DNA of 63,262 bases, counting the filler, from Guillardia theta CCMP2712 (lineage: Eukaryota > Protista > Cryptophyta): NCBI RefSeq assembly GCF_000315625.1. It is 5 parts of 5 records of this genome, joined end to end, with 100 filler letters (N's around TTAATTAATTAA, not from the genome) between each part and the next. Parts side by side here need not be neighbours in the genome. Positions count along the whole stretch, not along the records: positions 49,964 to 61,358 come from NW_005434497.1; positions 61,459 to 63,262 come from NW_005434518.1; 3 more parts are not named here. The stretch is one strand, 5' to 3'. A program made the translations under genes and the position numbers. Below, piece by piece: positions 59,720 to 63,262 of the stretch (position 1 is its first letter; the number at the start of each line of letters is the position of its first letter). Below the pieces are notes generated by a model that saw only the letters and a list, made by a program, of their open reading frames with translations, did not search any database and was not told where the DNA came from.

Positions 59720-61355
59720 TGACCCCATTTTCGTCCCCGTCCTCCTCCGATCTGTCCTCGCCGCCGTCCCCGTCCTCCCCGTCCGCCACCCTCCTCGTCA
59801 CCTCGTTGTCGCTTCCTTGTTTGTCTTCCTGCCCGGTCCCGCCCTCGTCCCTCTGCTCCTCTGCCTCCGTCGCCTCCCTGGCCCAATCTGATCACCTCAA
59901 CAACAGCTGCCGCGTCTCTTGCAACCGTCGTGTCCTTTTGATGCTGTGCTGCCGTTGCTCCTCCTCCTGCCCCTGTTCCTCCTTCTTTTCCTCCTCCTCC
60001 TCCTCCTCCTCTTCATCTTCATCATCATCATCATCATCATCATCCTGTTTCTGCTCCTGTCATATCCTGTGCGTGCATCATCTTCCTGGCACTCTGCTGC
60101 CTGCTCCCACTTCCTCCGCACGAGTCGACAGCTTCAGCCTCTTCAAGAGCTCCTGTAGGAAAGACAAAATAAGATTGCGATGAGAGGAGGAGGAAGATTG
60201 GGGGGAAAGGGAGATGGGGAATGGGAGAGAGGAGGAGGAGGAGGAGGAGGAGGACGAGGACGAGGACGAGGACGAGGAGAAGGAGGAGGAAGAAGGAGGA
60301 GAAGGGCAATGACCTGTGCTGTTCTTCTCGTGCTCACCGCCTCCTGCACGTCATTTGCTCGTTGCTTGAGCAGATCCTCCAGCCCCTGAGGGGCAAAACG
60401 AGACTTGAGACTTGAAGAGAGAGGGAGGGAGGGAGGGAGGGAGGGAGGGAGGGGAGGCGGGGGAAGGGGGGGGAGGGGAGGGAGGGAGGGAGGGAGGGAG
60501 GGAGGGAGGGAGGGAGGGAGGGAGGGAGAAGCATAGCGGAGAGGATGGCAAGGAGTTCTAAGCTGCAAATGCAGGAGGAGATCCAGGAGCTGCTCGAGGA
60601 GTCACTGCAGAACTTTCTGCTGGCGTATGGTCAGTTCTCGGACATGTACTCTCCCTCCCACCTAGAGGCCATCAAGTGCGTGACCATGCTCGGCCTCGTC
60701 CACCGCAAGCTCAACCGGCTNNNNNNNNNNNNNNNNNNNNNNNNNNNNNNNNNNNNNNNNNNNNNNNNNNNNNNNNNNNNNNNNNNNNNNNNNNNNNNNN
60801 NNNNNNNNNNNNNNNNNNNNAGGGAGGGAGGGAGGGGAGCGGGGGTGGGAGGGGGCGGGAGGGGAGTTGGAAGTGAGGACGGGATGGAGTAAGAGCAGAA
60901 AGGATGAAGGGTTGACTGTACCTCCACCGGGAGAAGATCGACTTTTTTGTAGATGGAAGCGATGGCGTTAATTGCAGTCTGCGAAGAAGCAATGAAATGA
61001 ACGAGAGAGAGAACTCTCTGATACGGTGAACAGACAGAACATGAAACAAACAGAAGATGAGATGAAGATGAACACAAGATGAAACTGGTACAGGATGGGA
61101 AGTACAGCAGATGGCATGTACAGAAGAACACAGATCAAAGATCAATGACAAGAATTTAGTTTGATCGACCTTGCGCACGATGTCGTTGCGGTCTTCCCTC
61201 AAGGCCTCCATGAAGATGACGACGGTGAAAGCGTCTGTAGGATCTAAAAATGATTCAAAGTTCATTTCCCTCCCATCCTCCTCCTCCTCCTCCTCCTCCT
61301 GCCCGTCGTGGTACTCTTTGCCCTCTGCCCCAACCGCCTCTTCCTCCTCCTTCAT
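59720..61355 (-). CDS. Fragmentary hypothetical acidic/coiled-coil gene
   Basis: Exon-like pieces MNFESFLDPTDAFTVVIFMEALREDRNDIVRK, TAINAIASIYKKVDLLPVE and GLEDLLKQRANDVQEAVSTRRTAQ among microsatellites and gaps. Confidence 0.4.
60545..60720 (+). other. Orphan TPR-like coding fragment between a (GGGA)n tract and a gap
   Basis: LEESLQNFLLAYGQFSDMYSPSHLEAIKCVTMLGLVHRKLNR resembles kinesin-light-chain-type TPR; antisense to the surrounding exons. Confidence 0.4.
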
Positions 61356-61510
61356 AATNNNNNNNNNNNNNNNNNNNNNNNNNNNNNNNNNNNNNNNNNN
61401 NNTTAATTAATTAANNNNNNNNNNNNNNNNNNNNNNNNNNNNNNNNNNNNNNNNNNNNCCCTTTGGTGTAGTATAACATCTCAAGACGTCCAGCAGCATT
61501 CTCCTCCTCC

Positions 61511-62688
61511 TCACGAGCAGATGTTCTTGGTCTCCTGGGACTTGGACACTGAATGATGAATGATTGGAATCGAGCCCATGAACGCCTCCATCCATCTCCC
61601 GGCCTCCGCAGGCGCAAACCCGATCCTCCGGAAGACATTGTGGAAGGAGTTGGAGGAGAGGAAGCTGTCGGGGCAGCTCTGGCTCCTCTCCCTGATCTGC
61701 TCAAAGTCCTCCTGGGTCCACTCCGCCTGCTGCAGCAGGAGCTCGAGCCCCTTGAGAAACTTGTTGGCTTGCGCTGGGAGGATCTGGAAACCAACCCATC
61801 CCACGAACGACTTGCTGTCTCGTCCTCCAACGGCCTCGAACCTCCTCTCGTTGGAAACATCCTCGCAGTCCGAGTCGGTCTCGAGAAAGTCCAGGGGCAC
61901 GATGAGCTGTTCCTTGGCGGACATCTGAAAATAGAGGAGGAGCGCTTCCTTCTGCTTCTTCAGCTTCATCGCCTTGCAGTAGCTGATCTGCTTGTCGAAG
62001 GTGGGGTTGGCGGAAACCACCTGCAGCTTGGCCCAGCGCTCCTTGAGCTTCTTGAGCTTCTCCGCCCATCGCTTCTGACCCCGACGGGCGATCTCCTGCA
62101 TCGTGCTTGTTTGCTCCTCCGTCGACTCTTGGCTCACGTCCGACAGGTCCTGATCGTGCGTGTTGGGGTTCAGGGGCGGCCTCTTGGATTTCTTTTGGGG
62201 GGCATGCGGGCCGTTAAGGCGTTTGCGCTTGTAGCCTCTGCTTTGAGATGGACGCTCCTGAAGGAGAGAAGAGAGTCAGATTCAACCAGAGACAACCACA
62301 TTTGAATGTTCACCGGAAGGAATCTTGAATTCTCCGCCAGCTTCGGCTTCATGCTGTCCAGTATGGACTTCACAGTGCTGAGGATCTCCACGCACTCCTG
62401 TCGGCAGCACTTTTGAGCCATGCTTCGCAGCTTCGAGAGCCAGGGCTTCAGCGCTTCGCTCACATTGCTCTGCTCCAGCACCTCTCGCTGAAACACAAAA
62501 TCTTCGAAGAGAGCAGTGAGTTGCTCCCACACCTGGTAGTCGACTTCTCCTGCCCTTAACAGAGCGAGGCAGTATGCAACCCCGACCTCCTCGTTCCCGC
62601 AGTTCATATAGTCTATCTTCAGGCGTTGTATGTCCGACGGGATGCTGTCGTCGTCCGGAAATTCAAGCTCGTATCGTTGATAAGACAT
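61511..62688 (-). CDS. Hypothetical nuclear protein, two exons (~370 aa)
   Basis: A 56-nt GT-AG intron (62313-62258) joins ORFs 62170-62688 and 61511-62137 in frame via RFLP|ERPSQSRGYKRKRLNGPHAPQKKSKRPPLNP (NLS-like). Confidence 0.75.
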
Positions 62689-63262
62689 GCTCTCTCGTTC
62701 GGTTCTGTTACGGGTGTATGTATTCTACTTGAGCGGATCTGGAAGCGAAGGGTCAGTAAACGAGGCGACAACATTTTCACAACATCTCAAAGCAGAATTG
62801 AAAATGTGGGATTGTAAGGAAAATAAGTTATGATGGGGAGAAAATGTATAAACTCAATGTTGGAAAATGGGACCGTGCTTCGAAGCAAAAGTGCGCAATA
62901 GAATCCTAGACAGCAACAAAATTTTGAACAGGATCTCATGACAAAATGGTCAAAAAGAGGAGAGAGGAATTCAAAGGAATAGCAAACAGAGCAGAATAGA
63001 GAGATAGAAAATGTGAAAAATGTGCTCCAGATAATTGTCAACTCGGTGGCAGGGAAGCAGGGAGGTGATGTTGTTGATGATGATGTTGTTGTTGTTGTTC
63101 TTGTTGATGGTGATGATGATGGGAGAGTTTGGTAGGAAAAGAGAGAGAAGGCAGGTCTGAAGTCAGAGGACAAGTGTCAGAGGATACAAATGATAGGAAG
63201 CGAGGGAGGGGGGGGGGGTTGCGGGAAGAAGCGGAGACGAAAAGGCGAAGCGACGTAAGTAC

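Noticed and set aside
1-63262. tRNA, rRNA or other structured RNA genes
   Set aside because: None recognised by inspection; tRNAscan-SE or Infernal would be needed to exclude them

Overview
Eukaryotic nuclear DNA from a draft scaffold, with N-gaps and TTAATTAATTAA linkers. Short GT-AG introns with CTGAC branch points, purine/pyrimidine microsatellites and GC-rich intergenic islands are most consistent with a cryptophyte alga such as Guillardia theta (inference). Spliced genes reconstructed by eye: a tandem-LysM protein (3' part), an N-acylated ankyrin protein, a type I membrane protein, a tyrosine-kinase-type pseudogene, an RPA12-like polymerase subunit with a signal peptide, a ~12 kb Ig/ASH + coiled-coil gene, an IQ-motif protein, a DEAH helicase, a Ulp1-protease remnant, a TKL kinase with one frameshift, an NAD-dependent epimerase, a GONST-type nucleotide-sugar transporter and several hypothetical genes. 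The most striking feature is the helicase. It resembles TDRD9/Spindle-E but appears to lack the Tudor segment, and it is fused to at least 10 tandem ~570-nt (~190-aa) modules. Each module has a near-invariant first half and one of three divergent R3H-like second halves. All family assignments come from recalled motifs, not database searches.
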